Source: Podarcis cretensis
Lineage: Eukaryota
Direction: 5' to 3'
DNA length: 64,000 nt
Assembly: GCA_951804945.1 (NCBI GenBank)
Contig: OX638150.1
Coordinates: 50,716,001-50,780,000, forward strand
A model generated the notes under the pieces. It worked only from the letters and a program-made list of their open reading frames with translations, was not told the origin of the DNA and made no database searches. Position numbers and translations under genes: made by a program. Positions within the stretch are counted from its first letter, which is position 1. Each line of letters opens with the position of its first letter. Positions 1-11,813 of the stretch are shown here, piece after piece.

Positions 1-2569
1 AAGCAATAATTTAGAAAGGGCAATTATTCATTCGATTATGAAGGGTAACAATTATCGTATTACCATAGATCATGTTATTTCCCCTTGAGTGCACTACAAT
101 AGTTCAGGATAACAAATGGCAAGAAGGTGCCAAGAACTGAGTAATAAATAATACTTTTGAATATTTTTCAGAAGGTTGACCCGGTATGCGTATGTACATA
201 TCAACACATGTACCCACTTCACCCTGTAGCTCAAATCTGTCCTCAAGAATAACCATCCACTCAGGAGATGACTAAATCATATGTCCCATCACCAGCCTGG
301 TCTAACCAAGCCATACCTATTTTATTGCTAGAGTTGACTAGGACCCCACATTCACCTGTCTCCTTGCAAGCGACTTGCCTTGAGAAATTTCATTTCCAGA
401 AACCTCATTTTCTGGGTCATGAGGAGGACGTGAGGGAGATATCATCTCCAGGACCTTGTGAGCCTGGAGCGTAGATTCAAAATGACAAGCAGCCAGTGCC
501 TGACTACTGGGCACAATAGATCTATTAATTAGGAAGCATTTTGTATTGTGTTTGCCAAGGTACAAATGAAGGGAAACTGTTTGCAGAAAGCATAACCCCC
601 AACCTACAAACCCTTTCTCCAGGGAAATCTAGAATTCCGCAGGAGTCAGATAGTGCTGTTCTCTACCCTGCACTGCTTGTTCTCCAGGCCACCAGAATCA
701 AAATGTTCTTGGTACAAAGATACATAGATGAGGCTATGACATTCCCCCATCATCTTGCCTTCTTATCCTTGTTACTAGAAAAAAAAATACTTACATTAAT
801 TTAGGTTTGTTTGAGCAGTCCCTCCACCCCCATTCAAATCTACAGATCTCCTGGCACCAGTGTCTGATATGCTATTTGCCACAGAGGAAAACTGATGTTG
901 GAAAGCCTGTATTTGGGGGAGGACTGGGGCTTGACCTTTTGCCTAGAAAGGGAAAAGCATATGATCACTTCTATCCAAAAGTTCTGAAAGAACTTAAATC
1001 TGAATTCACCCTCTCTCTTTCTCTGGGGGCTTCTGGTCAAAAGAACTGCAGCCAGCGGATGAAACCCAAGGTGCAGCTTCATTTCTGGAGGAGGCTATTT
1101 GCTAAAATGGGCTTACATGCCTGGCACAGCACACAATAGCGTTTCAAGGTAGCTGCGTAATATGCCCCCTTCATAAACTTTGAATGGCTCCAGCTCTCCG
1201 GCAGCAAGGAAAGCAGCTTGCAAATGTCATGTGAGCGGCAGCTCCAGTTACCCGGGGCCCAACTGTGCTGCATCTCTACCTTGCTTTTATCTGATCCATC
1301 TCCCTGCTTGGGAGCAGACCATCATCCACTCCTTTGATACTGTTGCTTTCGGTGGCCAGGAGCTGCTGGACTCTGAATGCAGCTGGTGCCCTTAAGCGGA
1401 CTCCAACGCCTCCAATGTCACCTTGGCAAGAAATGCTGCAGCTCAAACTTTGGAAGGGGGGCAGGAGAAGAAAGCAGGAAACAGATAAAGGCGGCACTGT
1501 GACTCTGCTTGAGAAGGAGAAAGAGTCATGGAGAATGGGAATAAGGGATCGCCACTGCAAAAGATCTCTGCTCTATCTGCGCCCACTGGCCTGCCAAACA
1601 AGGCTATGCAAAATAAAAATAGGTCAGTACAGGAGCCTGGACAGACGGTGCCTGTTGCACCCCCACCTTGCTATCCACCTGCAGATTTCATGCCCTACGC
1701 CCTTTGCACCTAACACCATTGCAGACACCCCCACCCCACCAACCATAGAGAATGCAAAGCAAACTACATTTCCTTCAGCAAAGAGCAGATAACCTAACCT
1801 TGGCACCCTAGGCTGGCATCTGGTTCCATAGTTCTGCAATCCTGCTTTTCCAAATGACCCAGCAGATGCAGAATGTTACCTAAAGATATGCTAAATTGGC
1901 TCATGAATATATATAAGCAAACTGAGACGGTTGCAACTAGGTATATTAGTCTCTGCTACTCATGACAGGTACAGCCACTCCTGGCACACTGCCGCTACTT
2001 GGTACTGAACAGATCTCCTAGAGACGCCTTTTGATTGTCATTGTGCTAGTTTTTCCGGTTGCTCCAAATCACCTTCATGCCAGCACAGAACTCTGGGGCA
2101 CAGAGGAGATTCTTTGCTGTGGCAGTTTCCTGTGGGCAGGAGCTGGATCATCGATACCTTCCTTTCCTTGGTATTACAAAGAGAACAAGGCACACAGTGG
2201 AGTGCCTGGTAACTGTCCCCGTCAGCAGCTTTCTCAGACCTTGAAGTGTCCTCAAAAGCTACCGTATTGATGATGCGAGGCAGGTGCCGCCAAGGGTGGT
2301 TGGAGGAAAAACCGGCTTCGTACACACAGACAGCTGATATCGACTCACTTTCCTTACACTGCTGCTAGCAACGCAAGCCAGGAGCAGCAAAGTCATGTGC
2401 AATGGAAACGGAGAGAACGGAAAGGAGGGAGGGGGAACGCCTTTTCATACCAAAAGAAAAAGAACAGCACCTGTGCCAATATAAAACTAGCTACTTCCAA
2501 GTATCTCTTGCTTTCTGCAGAACCAAGGGAACTAGAGGAGTAGTAAAATTGGGCCAAAACAAATGTGAT

Positions 2570-2975
2570 ACGGGAAGATTTGTGATTAGATCTTCCGACA
2601 TCTTCAAGGCAGCTGAGGGGGGAGGGATGTGTGCTAATTTGATTTGGGAAGTGGCGCCAGTGGAGGGGATGTTTAACCCTTTCAAATTGGCACCATTTCC
2701 CTGTACTGAACCCACCCCTCTGCCCAGAGTCACCGTTAGCTGAACAGGGAGCAAAATGCAGTTATCTTTAAGGTGCTTGCATTTTTCTCTCTCCATGGGG
2801 TGGGAGGGTGTCTGGTTGACGGTAAGAGTAGTGGCATTGGAAGGGTTAAAACACATCCTCCAGCAGCGCCACTTCCCAGATTAAATTAGCACACACACAC
2901 CCTCCCTCACTTGTCCTCACAGATGTTTTCAAGAAAAGGAGAAAAATCAGGAGATCTGATGACAGATCTCGGACA
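2570..2975. repeat. Old fold-back (palindromic) MITE-like element
   Basis: The left arm (about 2615-2693, gggatgtgtgctaatttgatttgggaagtggcgcc...tttaacccttt) is the reverse complement of the right arm (about 2831-2910, gaagggttaaa...gcgccacttcccagattaaattagcacac). Confidence 0.7.
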
Positions 2976-5424
2976 CCACGTCTGTTACTCTGCACTGCCT
3001 TCATCTCTAAGGAACCAAATTCTCATCTGGGCTGAATCCACAAGAGAGAAAAAATTGCTAGTGAGCAAATCAGAGACTTAGGCAAGGGGCTTCCAATCTG
3101 ATTTACACATTATGCTATGTATGGTCTGTGCTCATGCATGAGGACAAAGAGCAGGTTCACAACTGCTGCCACCCCATCAACTCTATACCAGCTTTTCCCA
3201 CAGCAGTCATGATTGACATGCCCACTGCAAAATGGGAATATTTATCTCCCCATCACACTTTACACCTTTACTATACCAGTGTAAGAAGGAACCAGTTCTT
3301 CCTATGCAATATGTGTGTGTGTTTGCTGAAGGGGAGTGTTTTTATTTTTGTTCAGGAGTGGTTGTGGCGATTGGCCTATCAATATATATCTTAGGATAAA
3401 AGAAGGCAGGGATGTGTCACGTTCTGTACCAGATGTGAACCACATTCTTCTCTAGAGATCATAAAAATCCAGCAAATGGCATTGATCTTCTCAACACAAC
3501 ATCCTAAACAGAACAGGGAAGTAGAACATCTGTCCACACTCTTGTTCAGGCTGGATATAAGACTAGCAAAATGATGTGATGGCGCGGAACAAACCAGCAA
3601 TAAGTCGCTGCAGGAACATTTGTAGCATGTTATATCATGGCTCTGAATCATAAGTCATCAGACCCTCTAATAGAATATATCACATATCACAAGGAATGAA
3701 CAGGAACTTTGTTGAATGCAGAGTGTGTGCAATGGACTTCCTAACCATGACTCGGTTTGCTTTCCTCTCCTCACCCTCCCAATACATGAACTACTTTATT
3801 AAGTGGATTGCACTATGATTGCTTTTCAGTTCTTACAGACACTGCTCTACCCCAGTCAAGTGCTGCTAGAGAAATCTGGCACTCTTACTAACCCTAGCTG
3901 ACTATCCCTTCTGCATCAGGAGAAATGCTAATGGGCCACCATTTTTGGCATCCTGAGTTCGGTACGAATGGAGAGTGGCTCTGAGCCATGTTGGCTGTGA
4001 TGTTGTGTTGTGAAGTTACTGAAAGTCAGAAGCCCAGCTGAACTAGAACTTCTACTTTCAGTAAATCCAAGGGATGGGGATAATCCATGTTCAGCAATTT
4101 GTTGTTGTTTTTAACAAAAAAAAGTTACAGAAGTTCACAAGTTCAGAGATCTCAGCCCAGTTTGGGGTGTTTGCTAAGCAAGTCAGGTGTTTCACACTGT
4201 GCCTCTCAAGGATGGTGCAGGGAGGGTCATTGCAGGTCAGTGGGCAGACTCATGCAATAAAGCAGGAAGCCCCCAATCCCCAGCAAAAGTAATGTAGAAA
4301 ATGGAGATGTCCCAGAAATACATGTGCGGTATTTACTACAAATGTTACTACAAATTTCCTTGCAACTACATGAAAGCTTTGCCAAACCAAATGAGCTGAC
4401 AGCCAAACTCCTTGGATTTCTTGGAGCTGACTCTCCTCTGACCCTCCTTTGCTGAGTGCCAAACTCCCAGTGTGTTTTTGTGGCTTATGCTGGATCTTCT
4501 CTAAAAGCTTCCTCCAGCAGTGGCGCCAAGGAAGACAAGAAAAGGAAGCAATGAAAATCATCAGTATTGTGTAGCAAAATCCACTGGTTGTGCTGCGACA
4601 CTCCTTTGGTCTGTGCATCTAAATACAGCATCTGAACTTATTACCAAGCCTACTGCTGGGCTTGGTTCTAGATGAGCCAGGATGCTTCTGATAAGACTCC
4701 CCATGTTCCCAGCAAAAATGCAGAAATGAATATGCAGAGATAGATGCAAGCGGCTGGCGAGGGCACCTCAGACAGTAGCCACAAAGGGGGAAAGGAGAAG
4801 GAGTTTGCAACCCACAAAAAATCTTTCTTCCATCAAGACTTTAAACATGCATGGGCTACGCTGTACACAAGCCAGGAGGAAAAATCTGAATGGGTCCCCC
4901 ACTAGGTACCGTCATATCCATCTGCAGGCAGAGAATAAGCTACAGGAGGGGATAAAAGGTGATGTCCTCTCTCTTTTTAAAGTGGAATATAAATAGGATT
5001 TAAACAACACCACCCATTTATAGTGAGCCTTTCTAAAAATTGCTCAGTTTGCATTGTTTAAATTTAATACAAACAGGTTGTGGTCCAAAAAGAATAAATA
5101 GAAGAGTATTTTGCATGGTGAAAAACCTGTATCTGCTCACATTTTAAATTTGCAATCCTAAACAAAGTTATTAGAGACTATTCTCCATTGAACTTTTTTC
5201 TTCTTCAAATAAACATGTAGAGTATTTCACTGCACACATTAGAAAGGTTAAGTGTGGATGAGCCCATAAATGAGCTGTAGCACTATAATAGAAGTGGTTG
5301 CTGCTGTATCCATTACTAGCTCCTATTAATGTAGCCTGGTTCTCTGAATTGCAGCTTCTGGAAAGGACTTTTGCACAATGGTGGAGCTTCTGGCCCCTGC
5401 ATCCTGGAACCCAATAGCCTAGGT

Positions 5425-5676
5425 CATGAGTAGGCAAACTAAGGCCTGGGGGCCAGATCCGGCCCAATCACCTTCTAAACCCGCCCTGTGGACAGTCCAG
5501 GAATCAGCGTGTTTTTACATGAGTAGAATGTGTGCTTTTATTTAAAATGCATCTCTGGGTTATTTGTGGGGTATAGGAATTCGTTCATAATTTTTTTTCC
5601 AAAATATAGTCCAGCCCCCCACAAGGTCTGAGGGACTGTGGACCGGCTCCCTGCTGAAAAAGTTTGCTGACCCCTG
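5425..5676 (+). mobile_element. Non-autonomous hAT transposon (MITE), family A
   Basis: Termini CATGAGTAGGCAAACT...AGTTTGCTGACCCCTG with a perfect 8-bp TSD GCCTAGGT (5417-5424 and 5677-5684). Homologous copies at 54153 and 62429. Confidence 0.9.
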
Positions 5677-6236
5677 GCCTAGGTCTTGGCCCCTTGCTGG
5701 GGTCTAACAAGAGAATTACAAAGGCCCAACTGGAATTACAAGAAGCTGCGATGCACTATCGCCTGAAAATACTATGCTAGGCTCCAAAGAAGGGTTGCAC
5801 GTTAGTGGGAGAGAGAACCACATACCTTTTGTTTTGCTCATGGCATTTCCCACAGCTAAAGAGGCAAGGCACTCTTCAGTTGAGAAACAGCTTGTCTGTA
5901 GTGGGAAATACTACAAGGAATCTAGCAAGGAAAATTCCGGTTTTCTGGCTTCGAGCACATCTTTAGACCTTGATGTGTACTTGCAAGATTGTGTTAGCAA
6001 GCTGTACAGATCCTAGCTTACTGAGTACACAACGCATAAGTGGCTGAGCAAAACAAGCATCTTACAGCACAAAACCCAACACAGGGGCCATTTCAAAGGC
6101 TTGTTAGCTGGTCCTCAAAAAGATTTTCAAGCACAATGAGAAAAAATTAGTTTCCATCTCTCGTTGACAATAGCTTCAATCAACACACCCCAAGACATGC
6201 AGAATTTAACTGGAGTGTTTGTGCTTTTAAACACAA

Positions 6237-6263
6237 ACACACACACACACACACACACACACA
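6237..6263. repeat. (CA)n microsatellite
   Basis: Direct observation. Confidence 0.95.
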
Positions 6264-6874
6264 GCCAACAGGCAACAATGCTTGTCATGACAATTGCTAG
6301 CAAATCTGAACTGCAGCAGTAGCATGAGAAATCTTCTTATTCCCCAATTATATACATTTTCTTTTCTTTTCTTTTTAAGAAGTCAAACATTAGTCACAGC
6401 TGAAGAAAAAAAACATCACCAGATTGTTCTGCCTGCAACAACACCCTCAATACGCGCTTGGCATCCTTTAAGTAATAGAGACAAGAGACAAACAGGATGC
6501 CAAATTTCCATCGACTGCAGGAGCTCCTGGGCAACAAAGGATAGAGGTGCAAGCATGATTTTGAAAAGCCAGTGAGACAAAACCTTAGTAACTAGGTTTC
6601 AAGTATGCATGTTAAAAGACTTATCTGGAGGTAGGATCTTTATAACTTGCTTTGGGCATTCCCACCATGATTCCAATCAGCAAGGTAACCTGACACAGAA
6701 TCTAGCTGCCAGAGTGTATTTAACCCAATGGCTCCCCACCACCACCACCTTGCAGACCACTTGAAAATTGATGAAGGTCTTGGAGGACCACTTGATATTT
6801 TTTCTGCCTATTGTAGCAATTGTAGTGTGCTGTGCCAGGTGCTATATGATTTTTTAATTGTATTTTTATTGATT

Positions 6875-6913
6875 AAAGGTAAAGGTAAAGGTACCCCTGC
6901 CCGTACGGGCCAG
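6875..6913 (-). mobile_element. Extremely 5'-truncated Sauria SINE (3' end only)
   Basis: aaaggtaaaggtaaaggtacccctgcccgtacgggccag is the reverse complement of the 3' end of the SINEs at 39930 and 53384. Flanked by TGATT at 6870-6874 and 6915-6919. Confidence 0.85.
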
Positions 6914-9309
6914 CTGATTCTTATATCCTGTATTTTATTGTATTACACTTTGAATCCCATATGATTTGAATTACAATTGTAATTCAACATGAATATTTAA
7001 AATGTGATGGATGTGCTATCTCCAGTCTTCAACCACAAATCCATGGGTGCACCAAGGACCACCTCAATGAAGATCGCAGCCCACTGATGGCCCATGAACC
7101 ACAGTTCGGGAACCCCTGATCCAAGATACAGAGGTGTTTAAATAAGATGAAAAGGAGTGCTTATAAAAGCCACCCCTGTTGGACATCCACAAGAAATGCA
7201 GGTTGAGCAGAGCCTGGTTTGTGGCCTGAGACAAGTAGACTATGAACTAGGCCAGCTTGACTTGCACCTTGAGCAGCTGTTGCTCACTTCACCACCTCCA
7301 CCTGCCCTTGCCCCCACTCCAGGGCCACCAAACTTACCTGGGGCAAAGAAGAAGGAGCCAGTGCAGAAGGCAGCAGGTGCTGCAGCTTCTCAGCTCTAGG
7401 AACCCTTTTGGACTGAGGAATAGGATAAAAAAATATTTTAAATGAAATAAGTACCAGTAAGCAAATGTTTCACTATTCAAAACTACAAGAAAGCAGTAAT
7501 TACAGCCAGTTCCCAACCCCCAGCAAGAATAGAAACTTACATTAAGGGGTGATTAAGGAAGCTAATAGGGGAAGTTAATGGGCCATCCTTCGTTAATCCC
7601 ACAGAAAGCAATAAAAGGGTAGAACCAGTATGTAGGAAAGTTTTAATTAAAGGTGCAGGAGTTCTTAAAAGCCTCAATAGCACTTTGCCTGTTCACACTG
7701 GACAGGCCAGCACTGCAACTGTCTATGTAATATTTTTTAATGCCACAGATCAGGTCTGAAAAAAACAGGAGGAGGTGTAGTCCAACACAGAAAACACTGG
7801 AATACAACTGCTTTCCACAGAAGTTGTCTGGATTCTCCATAAATGTGAATGAACAAATTTCAGACCAAAGGGAAATAGCCTGGCCTCATCTGAAATAAAA
7901 CCATTCCACTTAATTTTTGCTCACAAGAAATACAAGTTGAGTCCAATGGGACTTGCTCCCAGGATTGAAGTTTAAATGATCCTGGTGATTTCCTGGCCCC
8001 AGTCTCTAATCTAGTTTCTCACTCTGTGTCATTTTTTTCATTGCTGTCTCTCCTTGAAGTCCATTACCAAGGCCTCCATGGTGGATGGCAGTAAGACGAC
8101 CCATCCTGTGCTAGCGACTGCTAACAAGATGACCCTCCATATACAACCCATTGTAAACATTACCTTAGTGATGAGAAAATAGTCATGAGAATTGGATCTA
8201 AGAAAGCAAAGATAGGACTTTAGTACTCCTTTGGAAAAAAATGCACTTTGCCTTTCACACTGAGCTCAACAACTAGATCCTGATAGCATGAAAGTGATAC
8301 CAGACACTGTACATTCGGGAGCATTTATAAAATAATTACTCCCCTTCCTTAAACAAAAATAATATAAGAGTATAACAGGGAAGGCAATTCTGTGTAAGCT
8401 GAGCAACTTCCCCACCCACAGCTTTATCTGGATTTTTCACTTTCTTCTGGAGTTCTGCTACTTTGATAGGTTTCAGAAGCCACAAGCTCCAACAGTGAGT
8501 CAAGTCTGGTATGGTAAACACTCGTCTATAGCAATGGTCTCTTAACTTCCTAGTTTCAGCAGCCTCTTTCCCATGTTAGCTTGTCTGAAGGCTTTCAATG
8601 ATTGCCTCCTGTTAAAAGTGAGAACACACCTAATTGTCTCCTGTAGCTGCGCATTACAAGGGTAGATTTGGAATTGTGGGCAGAGTGCCTGTAGAGAAAG
8701 CTTTCCCATCTTTCTGGAACCTTTCCCATGGTAGAACAGCGAAGAAGAGCCCTAGCTCAGTCGTACACAACACCTGAAACCCTGGAGAGTCAGCATAGAC
8801 AATACTGTACTGAGTTAGATGGACCAGTGGTTTGAATAGGTATCAGGAAGCTTCCTTTGTTCCTTACCCCTTCTGGGGGAAAAACCCTAGTTTTCCTGAA
8901 CACAAGTCTGAAAACCCTTGACTTAGGGGTAGTGATTTCTGTGCCAACCACCCACATACATGCCCTCAGAACAGAAAAGGAGTTCTTGTCCATCCTCTTG
9001 TTTGCAAAGTTCTTTTGCAGGATATATTATTCTATGAACAGTGGCAATGGCCATTTGTAGACTTATGTAGACCCCAACCTCTTTCACCGCGGTACCCGCA
9101 CTCCCAACTGGAGTTGTTCTTATATCCAAGGCTAACAGAGAAGGAATTCTCAGCCCTTGGTTAGATTATGCAAAGTTGTTGAAGCAAATGTCAGCAGTAG
9201 GGCTACTAAACCCACCAAGAGCGCATAAATGCTACAAGGCACCATGTCAGATTGATGTGGCATCTACAACACAGGAGATTTCATTCAGTTGAAGTTACTT
9301 AGCAGTTTT

Positions 9310-9800
9310 AAATTTGAATATCCCAGCCCTACAGCCATATGCTCTCAGGGCAGCTAGCGTTCAGATAAAAGAGATTAACATAGCAGAAGTGTTTTATTAA
9401 AAAAAATTAAATTAGCAGAAGCAGTTAAAAACAAACAAACCACACATGCAAATCTTGCAGCAGTATAACACCCAAGTTAGCTAATGTTTCGAAAGAACCT
9501 GGAAAATTAAGAAGGCAGCATTAAAAAGACACATAAAAGTAGGTGCCAGCTAAGTCCATGATGTGGTGCCACAGGCAGGAAGACCCTCTCCGTTAGTTGA
9601 CACACACCTAACTTCAGAAGGCGAGGGCAATTAGAGAAAAGCCTCTGATGCTTATCTTCACAGGCAGGCATGTACATGTAGAAAAAGGCAGTCTTTTAGG
9701 TAACCAGCTCCCAAACCCTGTGGAGCTCTAAAGTTAAGTACCAGCACCTTGAATTGTACAGAACTGTTCCAAAACTGGCAAGACACGTTCCCTTGGGCCA
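9310..9800 (-). mobile_element. Degraded L2-type LINE 3' fragment
   Basis: Recognisable L2-like segments (gctctcagggcagct; gtggtgccacaggcaggaagaccc; ggagctctaaagttaagtaccagcaccttgaattg). No open frame remains. Confidence 0.5.
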
Positions 9801-11404
9801 GTCCCAGTTAACAGTCTAGAGATGTTTCCTTTGTGTCCTTTCCGAATTTCAGAGCCTTCTTGTTGTTAAGAGGAAAAGATAAGAATAAAAGAGGGTGAGG
9901 CCCCCTTAGAGAAGCCTCAGCTGTGGCCTGGGAATGATTTTCAGCATTATTTTGGCCAGGCAATATCAAAAAGCACTGAATGCAGATAATTGTGCTAATT
10001 GCATGCACAAAGCACTCGGCTTGCTCTGAGCTGCTTGCTCACGGCCAGTGTCACTGAACCCACTTCAGCCAGCAATCTCTATGATGAATGAGAAGCGAGC
10101 ATGATTTCATTGTCTGGCGAGGTTGAGAGAGGGAGGGAGAAGCGTGCTGAGCTTCCTAGCACCAGAGGCTCTTCCTCAAGTGCATGAGGGACACCCCAAC
10201 ACAGAATGCTCTATGCTAGTGTTGTGGAGGGGGGAGCAAGAGGGAGGAAGGGAAGAGATGCTGAACATGGAAGTAGGAAACAGCACCAAGCAACAGCACA
10301 TGCATGAGCTTGCATCAAGGTGGCCAACCACTACAGTGAATTAGATTAAGCAAAAACAGGCTACAATATATTTATCCCACAGAGCCCAAAGCTCTTCAAC
10401 ATCTTTCCAGAAAGACCCTCAAAGGGCCTCCTCTGGTCAGCAGGGGTTAAGAGTGGATGTTGTTCTTTAGGCTGCTGCATAGAAATATTCTCAAGTCAGC
10501 CCTAATTGTGTTCTCCCACCAACTGAGCATACTTTGGGCTCTCTCCTGCTTTAGCTTAGCAGGAGGCACATTCCACAATACAGGCTGTACCAAACCCCAG
10601 AAAGGAGGGAGCCTATTGCAAAAGGTTTTTGGTTTTTTTAAAGGCTCATATTAGTTGCACAAACAGTCTAAACTGGCAGAGAATCTATCAATTAACCTAG
10701 AAGAAGGTTTTGCTGCTACTATCAGAGTTCTAGAAAAATGCAGTTGATAGAATCTAAGCCTGTGATCAAACCAATGTTCTTTCCAGTCCAGAGTTCTTCA
10801 GAACCCAGAATGCATCTCTTCCAAGGCATGAATTAAGCAGCCAACCAGTCTTTTCAGACAGACAGACAGACAGACAGACAGCACAGTCCCAAGAATAAAG
10901 CATGCTTAAACTTAAAGGGATGAACATTTGTTTTGAAAAGGAAGGAGAAACCAGCACAGCAAACAAGAAAAGAATAAAAATTGAGCACTCAGAGCTTGTC
11001 TACAACTTACCTTTTGCCCTGCACTTTCTAGGCATAGGTCTGCACTATAAAGCTCCATGTCTCAGTGTTTATTGGGGGGGGGAGGGGCTTGTCCCACTGC
11101 TTTATCCAGGAAGACCTTCTATTTAATACTGAATAGGAACAAACTGAAATTTGGTTTTTCGGTGGATTGCTGTTTGCTCCGATTCAGCAGGAAAGAGCAT
11201 GTTTTTGCAGGGAAAGTGTTGTGGCAAAAAAGAAAAAAGCACTTGGACAAAGTGCTTTAAAGCACAGGCCTGTGCCTAAAAACACAGCATGAAAGGAAGT
11301 TTGGATGAGCCCTCAGTGCAATTCTAACCACATGCACCTTCTCCTTTAATTCTAACCACATGTCTTTTGCACCTGGTTGTTTGATGGATCTTGAGGTTCT
11401 AGTA

Positions 11405-11813
11405 CACGGGTGTCAAACACAAGGCCCGCGGGCCGAATCCGGCCCGCCCAACCTCGTCATGTGGCCCGTGTAGCCGCCGGTGGCCACCAGCCTTCACCTT
11501 TTATTCTCACTTTTTTTTTTTTTTTTGACAAAAGAAAGCCGCCTCTTCAGCGCATGCGTGGCAGCCTACAAGCCAGAGAACGTCTGCCCTCTAGCGGCGC
11601 CTTCCGTTCTACACAGGAAACCTCCACTTTACATACATTCAGGAAACCTCCACTTGTTTTTATATTGAGCGCATGCCATCCTGTGATGTGACAGATCCAA
11701 CGGCTGTCTGAACCCTTCTCTCCTGTACTGTAAGTCCTACAGATACAACCGGCCCTTTGAGAGTGACCAAACTGCTGATGCGGCCCCCGATGAATTTGAG
11801 TTTGACACCCCTG
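11405..11813 (+). mobile_element. Young non-autonomous hAT (Charlie-like) transposon, family B
   Basis: Terminal inverted repeats CACGGGTGTCAAAC...GTTTGACACCCCTG with a perfect 8-bp TSD TTCTAGTA (11397-11404 and 11814-11821). The interior is CpG-rich. Confidence 0.92.

Noticed and set aside
7157-7399. Pro-rich 80-aa ORF
   Set aside because: Non-ATG start, low complexity and no recognisable homology.
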